A DNA stretch of 63,770 nt, counting the filler. It is 5 parts of 5 records of this genome, joined end to end, with 100 filler letters (N's around TTAATTAATTAA, not from the genome) between each part and the next. Parts side by side here need not be neighbours in the genome. Positions count along the whole stretch, not along the records: positions 1 to 25,460 come from SRR20825019_1711; positions 25,561 to 33,605 come from SRR20825019_1713; 3 more parts are not named here. One strand, given 5' to 3'. Positions 21,275 to 33,705 of the stretch are shown in pieces. Each line of letters begins with the position of its first letter. Within the stretch, counting starts at the first letter, position 1. Position numbers and translations under genes: made by a program. Under the pieces are notes generated by a model that was not told where the DNA came from, did not search any database, and saw nothing but the letters and a program-made list of their open reading frames with translations.

Positions 21275-22720
21275 GTGGAAAAGATAATAGACGAAAGCCA
21301 ACAGGGAAGTACATTATCGCTGGAAAACAACGAAAAGAACGGTCGAAAGCTCTACATAGAGAGCTACGGTTGCCAGATGAACTTTTCGGACAGTGAAATT
21401 GTTGCATCCATTTTGGCAAAGGAAGGTTTCAATACCACCCAAGACCTGAACGATGCAGACTTGGTTTTGGTAAATACATGTTCCATTCGGGAAAAGGCCG
21501 AACAGACCGTACGCAAGCGTTTGGAAAAATTCAACGCCGTTAAAAGAACCAGACCCAACATGAAAGTGGGTGTTTTGGGATGTATGGCCGAGCGTTTGAA
21601 GAGCAAGTTTTTGGAAGAAGAAAAAATAGTGGACATGGTGGTAGGACCGGACGCCTACAAAGACCTTCCCAACCTGATACAAGAAATAGACGAAGGCAGG
21701 AATGCCGTTAATGTTATCCTATCCAAAGATGAGACCTATGGCGATGTGGCCCCGGTTCGATTAAACACCAACGGAGTCTCCGCTTTTGTTTCCATAACGC
21801 GCGGATGTGACAACATGTGTACGTTCTGCGTGGTTCCTTTTACCCGGGGAAGGGAACGTAGCCGCGACCCACAATCCATTTTGGAAGAAGTGAACGATCT
21901 ATGGGACAGAGGATTCAAAGAAATCACCCTGTTAGGCCAGAATGTGGATAGCTACCTCTGGTATGGTGGCGGATTGAAGAAGGATTTCGACAAGGCAACG
22001 GACATGCAAAAGGCCACTTCCGTAAACTTTGCCGGACTTTTGGAACTGGTAGCACAGGCGCAGCCCAAAATGCGCATCCGTTTCTCGACATCCAACCCTC
22101 AGGATATGACCTTGGACGTAATCGAGGCCATGGCCAAGCATAGAAATATCTGTAAGTACATTCACTTGCCGGTACAAAGTGGAAGCAACCGTATTTTAAA
22201 GGCAATGAACCGTTTGCACACTCGTGAGGAATATTTTGAGTTAATCGACAGCATCAAAAAACTAATTCCAGATTGTGCCATCAGTCAGGATATGATAACC
22301 GGGTTCCCAACAGAAACCGAAGAGGACCATCAGGACACTCTAAGTTTGATGGAATACGTGAAATATGATTTTGGATTCATGTTTGCCTATTCCGAACGTC
22401 CCGGAACACTTGCAGAGCGTAAAATGGATGATGATGTTCCTGATGAAATCAAAAAAAGGAGATTAACCGAAATCATCGACCTTCAACAAAAACACAGTCA
22501 TTATCGTACCCAAGAGCATTTGGGAAAAACCGAAGAGATCTTGATAGAAGGGACTTCCAAAAAATCGGACGCTCATTGGATGGGGCGAAATTCACAGAAT
22601 ACCGTAGCTGTCTTCCCTAAAGAACACTACAAAGTAGGTGATTTTGTAAATGTAAAAATCAACGAATGCACCTCGGCTACCCTTATCGGAGAAGCAGTAG
22701 GGTATTCAGAAAATAATTAA
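21275..22720 (+). CDS. miaB: tRNA-2-methylthio-N6-dimethylallyladenosine synthase MiaB
   Basis: UPF0004 (SYGCQMN, NTCSIRE, GCMAER), radical [15 protein letters not shown] domain; GTG start inferred, -7 box TATCTTTG at 21231-21238. Confidence 0.96.
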   Translation: MEKIIDESQQGSTLSLENNEKNGRKLYIESYGCQMNFSDSEIVASILAKEGFNTTQDLNDADLVLVNTCSIREKAEQTVRKRLEKFNAVKRTRPNMKVGVLGCMAERLKSKFLEEEKIVDMVVGPDAYKDLPNLIQEIDEGRNAVNVILSKDETYGDVAPVRLNTNGVSAFVSITRGCDNMCTFCVVPFTRGRERSRDPQSILEEVNDLWDRGFKEITLLGQNVDSYLWYGGGLKKDFDKATDMQKATSVNFAGLLELVAQAQPKMRIRFSTSNPQDMTLDVIEAMAKHRNICKYIHLPVQSGSNRILKAMNRLHTREEYFELIDSIKKLIPDCAISQDMITGFPTETEEDHQDTLSLMEYVKYDFGFMFAYSERPGTLAERKMDDDVPDEIKKRRLTEIIDLQQKHSHYRTQEHLGKTEEILIEGTSKKSDAHWMGRNSQNTVAVFPKEHYKVGDFVNVKINECTSATLIGEAVGYSENN

Positions 22721-22818
22721 TAACCATTTCTAATTTCACACCGATTTCTAAACGTAGTCGAAGAACGATGTGGAATACCTAAAAAATAAAGTTCCTGCTT
22801 TCACAGGAATGACAACAT

Positions 22819-24099
22819 ATGGAAAGTGTACAATCCATAAAACAACGATTTGAGCTTATCGGAAACGATGTCAAGCTCAACCGGGCAATAGAAAAAGCAA
22901 TACAGGTTGCTCCTACGGATATCTCCGTTTTGGTAACAGGTGAAAGTGGTGTGGGGAAAGAATCAATCCCAAAGATCATCCACTCGCTATCGCACCGAAA
23001 ACATGCCAAATACATTGCGGTAAACTGTGGAGCGATTCCCGAGGGAACCATCGACAGTGAATTGTTCGGACACGAAAAAGGGGCCTTTACCGGTGCCACA
23101 CAAACACGAAGCGGTTATTTTGAAGTGGCCGATGGCGGAACCATCTTCTTGGACGAGGTAGGCGAGCTTCCACTGACCACTCAAGTACGTTTGCTCCGGG
23201 TTTTGGAAAATGGGGAGTTTTTGAAAGTGGGATCATCACAGGTTCAAAAAACCAATGTTCGGATTGTGGCCGCTACAAACGTGAACATGTTCGAGGCCAT
23301 AAAAAAGGAAAAATTTAGGGAAGACCTTTATTATAGATTAAGCACGGTCGAAATAAGTTTACCGCCCCTTCGTGACAGAAGGGACGACATTCATCTGCTT
23401 TTTAGAAAATTTGCTTCCGACTTTGGTCAGAAATACAAAATGCCCACTATTCGTTTGGAGGACGATGCGGTGAACCTGCTCTTAAAATACCGTTGGCCTG
23501 GCAATATCCGTCAATTAAGAAACATTGCAGAGCAAGTTTCTGTATTGGAAGAAAACAGGAATATCTCCGCTTCAACCTTGAACAGTTATCTTCCGAATTC
23601 CACCGGCTCCAGTTTACCTGCAGTTGTGGGGCAGACCAAAAAGGAAAGTGATTTTAGCAACGAACGCGAAATACTGTACAAAGTGCTCTTTGATATGAAG
23701 GGCGACCTCAACGACCTCAAAAAATTGACTTTGGAATTGCTGAAGGATAACGATTCCAATAAGGTGCAACGGGAAAATGAAGGCTTGATTCGTAAAATCT
23801 ATGGCAATCAAGAGCCTGAAGAAGAAATAGAGCACGAGGAAACACCTGCCGAATTGCTCCATTTGCCAGAGCCAGTTTTGGAACCAACGCCTCCCGCTCC
23901 GTCCCAATTGCCTCCAGAAGATAGATATCATTTTGCTGAGGAAATCGAAGAAGAAGAAACCCTATCTTTACAGGAAAAGGAGATTGAATTGATCAAAAAG
24001 TCATTGGAGCGCAATAAAGGAAAAAGGAAAGCCGCTGCCGCAGAGCTCGGTATTTCGGAAAGAACGCTCTACAGAAAAATAAAGCAGTACGATCTTTAA
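22819..24099 (+). CDS. Sigma-54-interacting (NtrC/Fis family) AAA+ activator without N-terminal sensor
   Basis: GESGVGKE, GAFTGA, FLDEVGE, FREDLYYRL, WPGNIRQL, C-terminal Fis HTH (AAAELGISERTLYRKIK). Confidence 0.93.
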   Translation: MESVQSIKQRFELIGNDVKLNRAIEKAIQVAPTDISVLVTGESGVGKESIPKIIHSLSHRKHAKYIAVNCGAIPEGTIDSELFGHEKGAFTGATQTRSGYFEVADGGTIFLDEVGELPLTTQVRLLRVLENGEFLKVGSSQVQKTNVRIVAATNVNMFEAIKKEKFREDLYYRLSTVEISLPPLRDRRDDIHLLFRKFASDFGQKYKMPTIRLEDDAVNLLLKYRWPGNIRQLRNIAEQVSVLEENRNISASTLNSYLPNSTGSSLPAVVGQTKKESDFSNEREILYKVLFDMKGDLNDLKKLTLELLKDNDSNKVQRENEGLIRKIYGNQEPEEEIEHEETPAELLHLPEPVLEPTPPAPSQLPPEDRYHFAEEIEEEETLSLQEKEIELIKKSLERNKGKRKAAAAELGISERTLYRKIKQYDL

Positions 24100-24128
24100 T
24101 TTATACCCAAAACAGTTACAAGTCAGAG

Positions 24129-24647
24129 ATGAAAAAAAATGGAATTAAAATCGGATTGCTAGGATTGGTTTTCTTCTTGCAAAGTTGTGGTGCCTACAAC
24201 TTTTCCGGCGCCGATATTGGTACCGCGCAGAGTTTTCAGGTCAATTTTTTCCAAAACTATGCGGACCAAACGCCCGGCTCGGTAATCGTGCCCGGTTTGG
24301 GAAGGGATTTTACCTTGGCGCTGCAAGATATGATTAACAATCTTACGAGTCTTTCACTGACCGGGAGCAATGGAGATTTGGTTTATGAAGGCGAAATTGT
24401 GGAATACAAAGTGGTACCAATGACTGCCACCGCCGACCAAAGGACCGCTCAAAACCGATTGACCATGAGCGTAAACGTCAGGTTTTACAATACAACCAAA
24501 GAAGATGCTGATTTTGAAAGAAGATTTTCCTTCTTTTACGATTTTGATGCCGCAGCTCCCCTGCCATCCGTACAGGCTGCCGCGCACGAGGAAATTTTTG
24601 AACGACTCACCCAGGACATTTTTAATGCCTCCTTGGGAAATTGGTAA
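24129..24647 (+). CDS. lptE: LptE-family LPS assembly lipoprotein
   Basis: Lipobox LQSC-G-YNFSGA, NRLTMSVNVRFYN, DIFNASLGNW; usual Bacteroidetes position after the sigma-54 activator. Confidence 0.8.
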   Translation: MKKNGIKIGLLGLVFFLQSCGAYNFSGADIGTAQSFQVNFFQNYADQTPGSVIVPGLGRDFTLALQDMINNLTSLSLTGSNGDLVYEGEIVEYKVVPMTATADQRTAQNRLTMSVNVRFYNTTKEDADFERRFSFFYDFDAAAPLPSVQAAAHEEIFERLTQDIFNASLGNW

Positions 24648-24653
24648 AATTTT

Positions 24654-25460
24654 ATGAACATTTCAGATTTTATACATATTCTTCAAAATTCAAACACCAT
24701 TCTATCTCCCAAACAAACTCGGGAACTAGAGGATATTATTGAAGAGTACCCCTATTTTCAGGCTGCACGGGCCTTGCACCTAAAGGGACTTAAAAATCTG
24801 GACAGTTACAAATACAACAATGCGTTAAAAGTAACGGCTGCACATACAGCTGATAGGGATGTGCTTTTTGACTACATTACCTCCAAAGAATTCTTTCAAA
24901 ACAATATCGCCGATGCCATTGCCGGTAGAGGCTCCAAACTCGAGGACCAGGAAGCCATTTCTGAAGAAATAGAGCCGAACCCAAATACGGCTAGCATGCT
25001 TTCGGAATCCAGCGAGCCTGCCCTGCCCCAAAACCTAAATGATGCCGAACAGATTCTGAACCCAAAACTTTTTGAATCCAGAAAACCTGAAGTCAAGCTT
25101 AAAAAGATTGAGGAACCAAAAAAGGAGGATGACACCAATTTAAACTTGGGCAAACCCATTCCGTTCACCAAAAAAGAAAAACACTCGTTTACCGAATGGC
25201 TTCAACTGACATCCACCCATGACGAACCTGTTGAGAAGCAAAACACTAATGGTGACCAAGGGAGCGGAAATGTGCTGGAAGAATTGGAACGAAAGAAAAA
25301 GTTTGAACTCTTGGACAAATTCATTGAGAACAATCCTAAAATAGTTCCAAAAGAATCCAACCCAAAAGTGAACATAAAAGAGTCTACCAAAATTGACCAA
25401 AACGAGTTAATGACCGAGACTTTGGCCAAGGTCTATTTAGAACAAAAAAAGTATAAAAAG
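24654..25460 (+). CDS. Conserved TPR-like protein, truncated at contig end
   Basis: EEYPYFQAAR, SFTEWL, MTETLAKVYLEQKKY; ORF runs into the N gap. Confidence 0.8.
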
Positions 25461-25560
25461 NNNNNNNNNNNNNNNNNNNNNNNNNNNNNNNNNNNNNNNN
25501 NNNNTTAATTAATTAANNNNNNNNNNNNNNNNNNNNNNNNNNNNNNNNNNNNNNNNNNNN
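25461..25560. other. Artificial contig linker 1
   Basis: 44 N + TTAATTAATTAA (stops in all six frames) + 44 N. Confidence 0.98.
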
Positions 25561-25772
25561 CCCCCCCCCCCCCCCCCCCCCCAGCCGGCCTTGCCCGCGC
25601 AGGCGAGCCGCCCCCCCCCCGCGCCGGATGACTCCAGTGGTGAGGGGCCACCCAAGCGGCGAGCAGATTTGTCGGGCGCTGAAGGTGAGGTGACAACTTC
25701 GATTTGACACACATCGTGTAGATATATACCCTTGCAGAAACAGCGTCCCAAAGGAAGAGAAAAGTGTTGAAG

Positions 25773-27128
25773 ATGGGATCGGATAGGGTAGCAAATTTTT
25801 CTGCTGGACCAGCATGCCTTCCAGTGGAAGTATTGACGAAGATTCAGTCTGAAATGCTCAACTGGAATGGTGCGGGCATGGGAGTAATGGAAATGTCTCA
25901 TCGAGGACCCCACTTCACCAAGATTTATGCGGATACTGTGGCCCTCATTCGCGAAGTAATGTACGTTTGGTTGAATACAGTTTCATATATCTTCAAAAAC
26001 TGACATTTCCACAGTGGAATCCCAGAGGAATATGCTGTACTTTTTGCCACGGGAGGTGCAACTGGTCAGGTAGAATACTTTTTCTCGGAAAGTTTTAAGG
26101 GTAACATTTCTCCTAGTTTGCCTCAATTCCTTTGAACCTTCTTGGAGATAAGAAGTGTGCTGACTACATTGTCACCGGTGCTTGGGGTGAAAAGGCAGTT
26201 AACGAGGCGAAGAAATATTGTGACGTCAATGTTGTGGCAAACTCGAAGGATATCAAACACGAAGGAGTATGTAGTGTGCTGAAACTTAGTCGGACATGTG
26301 TTGATACTTGGTTCAGGTGCCTTCTAAGGATACGTGGCAGTTCAATCCTGATGCTGCTTATGTCCACTATACGACTAATGAGACCATACACGGGATCCAG
26401 TTTCCGGATATCATTGATGTACCCTCTGGTGTCCCTCTAGTTGCAGATATGTCTTCAGACTTCTGTTCTCGGCCCATTGACGTCCGCAAACATGCTGGTA
26501 GGATTGCCTCCCTGTAGATTGACTCTTGAGGCTACTTATAACAGTTGCTTTGCCTAGTCATCTACGCTGGAGCGCAAAAGAATATTGGCCCTGCTGGCGT
26601 GACGGTTGTTATTATCCGCCGCGACTTGTTAGGGAAGGCTAGGGCTGACACTCCAATAGTATGCAACTACAAGGTGACAATATTATTTTCCATGATTTTG
26701 TACTGCATAACATGTGTTGCCAGACCCTTGCTGAAAACGACTCAATGTACAACACCCCCCCAACATTCGGTATTTACATTTGTGGCCTCATGTTTGAATG
26801 GATCAAGAGCATGGGAGGCTTGGAGAAAATGGAACAACACAACCGCAATAAGGCCAAGCTCATCTATGATGTCATTAACGCTCACAGCGCTTTCTTCCGT
26901 TGCCCTGTTGTTCCTGAATATCAGTCTATGATGAATATTCCAGTGCGACTCCCTTCTGAGGATTTGGAAAAGGAGTTCCTCAAAAGCGCTACAGCTGCGG
27001 AGCTTGTAGAGCTTAAGGGCCACAGATCCGTAGGGGGGATTCGTGTTTCACTCTATAATGCCATGCCCGTTGAGTTCATTGAGAGGCTTGCAACGTTCAT
27101 GGAGGATTTCGCTTGCAAAAATCAATAG
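25773..27128 (+). CDS. serC: Eukaryotic phosphoserine aminotransferase (SerC/PSAT1), 6 exons
   Basis: NFSAGPA, MSHR, GGATGQF, NETIHG, ADMSS, PLP-Lys [34 protein letters not shown]. Frame restored by GT-AG introns 25961-26014, 26070-26116, 26267-26316, 26498-26557, 26674-26723. Confidence 0.93.
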
Positions 27129-27181
27129 AGCGATATCCTACCCTTAGAACTAAAACTCGCTATGTCATATCAGAGGAGGAT

Positions 27182-28706
27182 TTACTTGAAAAAGTACTGG
27201 GACAATGATGTTTCAACAGTAGTTCCCAAGGTGATTCCGAGGACAAGCATGATAACAGTCAAAATATTTGCCCGCTCCTTGTTATCTTCATATTTCACCA
27301 AACCAGACGCATTAGCCATAGCGATCGCTGCAATGAAAGAAATTACTTAAGAGAAAAACACTCAAAAACCAGCAGGATCACTTACAAATGCAATACCCGT
27401 TGCTAATCCCAAACACAATCATCACCAACCAAACCACCGCATCGTGCCCCAAAGTAATATAATTGATGGGAGGTATCAAAAAATAGAAGACAGGAATGAA
27501 TACTATCCGCGCCCCAACTGCTACGAACAGTAATTGTGGTGGCACGCAGACCAACAAACTCGGTAGCCAGCGACCAAGCATATCTCCAACCAGGAAGGAG
27601 AAGGTGACGAAAGTCGTAAACCAACGTAAAGACCAATTGGAAGAAATGTCTTCAGGCGGAATCTTGCTGCAAAAGGCAGGTTACATCATGAAAAACAAAT
27701 CGTCATTAACGTGCACTTACGATGAAACCATGGGAAATACACAGAAAGTAATGAAAAGGTTGCAAAATAGCGGAACACCAACAACCAAACTCCGGAGGAC
27801 ATCAACCAATTTCTCGACAGAGAACCTGGACCTCGATCCCGTGGCTGTGCTCATTTCACTGGCAGTAGACAGAAGCCTCTCCCGAGGAGAATCTCCGTTT
27901 CCAAGACCTGCCTCGGTGGCGGGCAGCTTGTCGTACATGGCCTCAGCATCTGTTGCCGCGGAGTCTTTTCTCTCAATATGATATCTTGCGAACCTCAGCT
28001 GAGACATGACTATGAAGCCAACGAGGCAAGAGAGGCAAACAAAAGCAGAGAGCAAGAAGAAGACAACCGACGCCGTGCTCCCAGATGGCAAGAACTTGGA
28101 CAATATAAACATAAGACTTGCAACAACTCCGGAAACTCCAGCGCCAGTGCTGACCACCACTGAATAACGAGTTGGGAACGAAGAGGCGAGAGCAAATGAA
28201 GTGCCCTGAACAACAGCGGTCCCAATGCCAGTAAAGAGGCAAAGCGGCAACATAACGTAGAAACGAACATCGTTGGACTGGACCGATTTGTCTTTGTCAA
28301 CGGGCCAGATAACACCCGGAAAAGGCATCGCCGCCTAAGGAAGGGTTAGGTCTTCGACAATGCCAAAACTGCAACCGACAAACCATGCACAGGAACAGCA
28401 CTCCATATCCAAATATTAACCGAATACGGACTGAAATGAACTCCCCGAAGATCAGTTGGAGAATCGACACAGCAACCATGCTGTATATCATGGTTCCCGT
28501 CAACTGATCCTGAACGTCTCCATAGCCCGTACTCTTATCGGTCATGGCAGAGATAACTGCATTATAGGGAAGCAAAGTCCCGAGACCCAGGACTAAATGG
28601 ATCCAATATACCAACAGCAACTACACTGATGTCAGTCGACTGAAGTCACACGTTCGCAACAACATACATCATCGGGAGGCGCAGGTTCACTCAGAACCGG
28701 TTTCAT
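27182..28706 (-). CDS. Eukaryotic equilibrative nucleoside transporter (ENT/SLC29), 5 exons
   Basis: PDD-LLLVYWIHLVLGLGTLLPYNAVISA, GAGVSGVVAS, FITFCVFP, GDMLGR, FGISNGY. Introns 28621-28667, 28335-28383, 27667-27720, 27328-27385. Confidence 0.88.
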
Positions 28707-29540
28707 TGTTCGGTTTCACAGTGAAGACTGTAGTGAAAGAGAGAAAGGGTTGTATACATATAGCACAAGAAAGCTTCTCACTGACGAGAAGGAAGAGGTT
28801 GGGTCTTGACGACAGTCTCGCACCCATACGAGTATCCCCTCTCCCACACTCAGCTCGCAAAGATTAGCCGTCCGACCGCCTTCCGACACCGAGGTATTCC
28901 ATGTTTACTGGCATGACCTGCTCTGCACAACTCTGGAACTACAGTGTCATCGCGCCCAATCCAGGCATTGGGAGTTTTGGAACTATTGTTGGCTCACAGC
29001 TGCCACAGCCCGGCCGGACCCAGACGGGACCGTCCATCGCCAAGTGGTGCCCAAGCCAGTCTACGTTGCACGGGAGGGTCAGTAGTATGGAACGACGTGA
29101 GGCCAAAAGCAGCGCCGCCGCAGTTGCCCATACCGTATTCCGCGCTCATTCACGGAATTGTCATCTTGAGACCTAGAGTTATTAAATTGCGGTTGGATTT
29201 TTACTACAAAGAAACAACAGATAATCTCCAATTAACGATATGATGAGATCTTACACTGAGGCTGCCTTTGAATCCGACCGGACCGCCTGACCAACATTCA
29301 GGCGTAGGGCAAGGCCTTGAGATGCAGGCTGCTGCTGCTTCCACACCAAATGCCAAAAAACGTCACGACCGGTATTCCCTCGGACGGTGGCAGTCCACGG
29401 CGGCAGCTCCGTGCTTGGTTCTACACGCAAAACGGACCACAAGTGGGGTGCTGTTTTTGTGTATATATCAGAACAACAACGAAGAATATATTCACACTGA
29501 GGCATTGGATAGACAGCAGAAGGTTGGCTTAGATCTCAAA

Positions 29541-32500
29541 ATGAGCGCCATCCGTTGCGTGTTGCTGGGTGCAGTGCTGTCCTTGTTCCTCCTCTCAGTG
29601 CACAGCATCCCACAAGTGGAGTACACTGAAGACTCGAAAATCGCTGGGAGCGAGTGGGGTTATGTGGGGAACTCTGTGGCGTTGTGGAGAAGAAGGGCAG
29701 TTGTTGGTGCTATCTATACACAGAATGGGGCCGGTGCCGCATTCGTCATGGAGAGGGGGAGGGGACTGCGGGCAACAGGGAAATGGAAACTGGTTGAGAA
29801 TCTCATACCCACAAGCGTTGACTTGACGGAAGGGGACTACTATGGTCAAGCGGTTGGCATATACGGAAACACTGCTGCAGTGTCGTCTCTCCAGATGTAC
29901 CATGGCAAGGGAGCAGTATTCGTATTTCGGCGTGAGATAAACGGGGAGTGGTCGGAAGTTACGCACTTGGAGCCACCCGAAACAAGCGTACAGTCGAAGG
30001 ACAATTACGGCTATCGTGTTGCCCTCTACCGCAATATTCTCCTCGTAAGCGCGCCCCACCATCAAGTTAATGGCAAGCCCAAAGCAGGTCGTGTGTTCTG
30101 CTACCACATGAATGCCCCCGCGTCCCAGGAGGTCTTGACCAGTGCTGTAGATGATAGTCGTGTGGCCGGTAACATTCGGCAGGTGTGGGAGAGCTGTGGC
30201 GACGCAGTTCCAATGAGTTTGGAAGCTGATGACAAGTTTGGCAGCAGCTTGAGTGTGTACGGTAATCTTGCAGCAGTTGGAGCCCCAGGACGGGATATGG
30301 TGCATATATTTAAGAAGCGTGGGCATAGAAAGCCAGTATTCGAATATCAGACGACTTTGTCTCCACCAGCGGCTAGGGGCGGTGACTTTGGCTGCGCACT
30401 ATCGATGGCTGCAGGTGGCCTCCTAGTTGTTGGTGCTCAAAGGAAGGCGACCAGTACGGGACAAGCCTATGTATACAGGAGCAAGCCATTCAGGCCCTTC
30501 AAGTTAGAGGCCACTCTGGTTGCAGAAGATAAGGTGTCACCTAACGATTATTTTGGGTGGTCGGTTGCTGCTAGTTCAGACTTGATTGCTGTTGGTGCAC
30601 CCTTTGCACAGACTCTTAAGCAGAATGCGGGGGTGGTTGTTATATTTAGGTACCTCAACGAAAGCAAATCATGGGACCAGGGAACCCCTGTACAAGCTAG
30701 CAGGGCGAGCCACGCCGGCTTTACAAATAGCTACTTTGGGTTTTCCGTTGGTGTTAGCAAGTTGGGACCACATGCCCATGCCCTGCTGGTGGGATCTCCT
30801 GGTGAAGATAAGCAGAAGGGCGCCGCTTTGGTGTACCGTGAGTGCAGCCGCGATTGCAAGAATTTGTCTGTTCTTGATCCGCTATCCTGTCGATGCAAAT
30901 GCATAGGCATGTGGCGTGGTCTTGACTGTGACTACTGCAACCCACCCACTTGCGCTTTTGGAGAGGTTGGTGTAGTGAATAATGGAACGTGTGCTTGTGG
31001 TCCCCGTCCCCCTATGCCTTCGGTGGCTCCCCACATGGTCCCTCGCAATGATTCGACCGCAAAGGAAGAACTGGATGCCGTCTCTCCATCGATTGTGGGC
31101 AAAGGAACACCGGCAAAGAGTGGGCATGCAACTGTGGTAGGAAAGGGACCAGGAAGTTCATATACGAACTCGATTATTGGCGCCGGTCCCACCGGAGGGG
31201 AGGGATTCCGCCATGTCAGGACGGATGATTTTAAGAATGCTCCATGTAATGCAACATGCGGAGACAACGGGAAGCCGCATCCTTCGAAGTGTGGCTGTAT
31301 CTGCAACAAGCACTATTCGGGCAGCTCATGCCAAGGTAAGGGCGATGTTTCAGAAATGCATTGACTTGTGCTGAGAGTTGTGTTCACAGTGCCGCCGGGA
31401 TGCCACTCTCTGAACGGCTTGTCCGCTGCTCAAAGAAAACACCACTGTGTGATGAGACCACATTGTCACTATCACAGGACAACGGGAAAGTGCGGCTCTC
31501 ACAAGTCCAAATGCCATGCGGTCAACAAGATTCACGACAATGCTAGGAGGCACAAGGTGTGCTCCGGAATGTCTAAGTGTGTGTCTAGTTGTGCACATGC
31601 AGCCTCATCGGTCGTACTTGCTCAGCCGGACGGGAGCTCCTCTGGTCTCCCCAACGGCGGCTTGTCTAATGGCACCTCTTGTTCCTGTGGACCAGCTCCG
31701 GCAAGCAAGGCTGTGTATGCAACCAGGGGAGGTAGCCAACCAATATCTTCGCCGGCAGGATCAACAGGATCGTCACAAACTGTTGTGGGCAAGCCTGGGG
31801 CGGTCATGAGCACTGCTAATGGCACTGTAGCACCGGCCAATCAGGACAAGGAGGAGAAATTGGGCTGTGTAGGCTGCAAGACCCCTCCTGGCGAAACGAA
31901 GAGCACCGCTAATGCAACTGTCGCGCCGTCTAATATTGCCAGTGCTGGTGCTGCCGCAGTGCCTGGCTTGACTTCTGCACAGGCACCTCCTGTGCAAGCT
32001 CCTGATCAAATTTCTTCCACAAGCCCAGCTCCTACTGTTGCGAGGACAGCAACTGCTGATGCCGGGGCTGCTGTACCTGGCGTGACACCTCCACCGGCAC
32101 CTCCAGCTCCAGCCCCTGTTCAAACTCCCGCTACTCCTAGTGTGACCACCCCTGCCTCAAGCCCGGCTCCTATTGTCGCACGGGTAGCTGCTGCGGGCGG
32201 AGCGGCTGCCGTCGAGAAAATGACAAGCATCGGCAAGTCTACAACAAAACCAAGTACCTCTTCAAAGGCCAAGAAGGCGACATCGAATGCCTCAGGTAAC
32301 GCGTCCGCATGGAAGAGTGCCACTTCAACATCGGCTAAGCAACAGGAGAGTCCCCAAAATGGCGGTCTTCATGCGACAGCCTCCTCTGTAGGCATTGGTG
32401 CTACCAAGATCGATCACATCAAGGTTGAAACATCAGGGTCTAACACAGCAACACAGAAGGCTATGCCCGTAGTTAATTCCGAAAGCACACTGGCAGATGT

Positions 32501-33605
32501 CCCTGAGTCTCTCCAGAGAATCAACGAGAACTTTTCAAATTCTGGCGGGAGTGATCAAAGAGAAATGAGACCGGCTGTTGTCAAGGAGAAAAGTGAACCC
32601 GGCGAGACTAGGGAGGGAAATGCAATGCCGTTTTTGTCATATGACCACTCAGGGCGAAAGATGAATGCTGCATCTAAGCCGACAGGAGGTTTGGTTGAAA
32701 CTCAAGAGCCCATCGCTCATTCAGACCACGCGCCGTCGCCTCAGACTAGCTCGAGCCCGCAACCTGCCTCCTCAAAGCAAGGTGGAAGCTTCCACGAGAT
32801 GAAGGCTTCATCTCATCCCACAGAAGAAAAGCGGGAGAAGGAACTTCTCAATCAGGAGGAAAGCGAGGGAAGACATGCTGCGAGTCCTGTCTCCCATGCA
32901 GTATCAGATCGCAAGCCGGTTGAGGGCGATAACTCCAAGCCTAAGATGCCCACACAACAGAAAGCTCAGGTCAAGAATGGGGAACCTCCAGTGGCCAAAG
33001 CTCTAGCCATGGTCAACGAAAAGGTGACCACAGATGCCGGGGCACCGAAGTCATCGGCTGAGGGCGCTGGTGCTGCGGCACCTGCCGTGCACGACAGCAA
33101 GGTCGTTAAGAGCGCCGGAAAGATTGTCAACAGAGGCACTTTGAAACCTCCCCAAGGCGCATTTGTTGCGAGTACGGCTCTTGCCGCAAATGCCTTCAAA
33201 ATGGCCTCTAGTGGTCACGTCGATACTGTGGATGTAACACCTCCTTCGTCAGAAGAGGCCTCGGAAGCTGCAAACGAGTATGTGCACTACCATAGACCAT
33301 CCAAAATGAAACCGAGTGGGCCATCAACTTTCGAAAGCCATAAGGTGGTGGAGAAGCACTATGCTCAGACTGACGCTTTGAGGGAAGATGTGGAGATGAG
33401 GAAGGAGTGGGAAGATTATCGCAAGAAACATGGAATTCCGAACGAGCTAGGTGCTGGTGCTTTGTCCGCTTCTGGTTCATCTTCCGTCGGTGCCGCTACG
33501 TCATCTAGCCCGCTCTCTAAGCCAGCTGGTGTAGAGCCTTCTCAAAAAAGCCCTACAATAGCAGATACCTTGAAACCCCCCCAGAACGCAACGGTGATTA
33601 TGACG
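29541..33605 (+). CDS. Large secreted eukaryotic FG-GAP beta-propeller + EGF-like + mucin-like protein, truncated at contig end
   Basis: Signal peptide MSAIRCVLLGAVLSLFLLSVHS, seven FG-GAP-type blades, Cys-rich EGF-like units; intron 31336-31389 joins the two long ORFs in frame; Ala/Pro/Ser/Thr-rich tail. Confidence 0.8.
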
Positions 33606-33705
33606 NNNNNNNNNNNNNNNNNNNNNNNNNNNNNNNNNNNNNNNNNNNNTTAATTAATTAANNNNNNNNNNNNNNNNNNNNNNNNNNNNNNNNNNNNNNN
33701 NNNNN
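33606..33705. other. Artificial contig linker 2
   Basis: 44 N + TTAATTAATTAA + 44 N. Confidence 0.98.

Noticed and set aside
25505-25516. TTAATTAATTAA palindrome repeated four times as a biological repeat or att site
   Set aside because: Always centred in 44+44 N; a synthetic six-frame-stop contig spacer
25561-25582. Poly-C tract as a G-quadruplex or telomere-like element
   Set aside because: At a contig edge; likely low-quality or artefactual sequence
29268-29540. N-terminal 91 codons of the 698-aa ORF
   Set aside because: Non-ATG start; the signal peptide begins at ATG 29541
25561-33605. Horizontal transfer of eukaryotic genes into a flavobacterial chromosome
   Set aside because: Bounded by linkers and intron-rich; simply a separate contig
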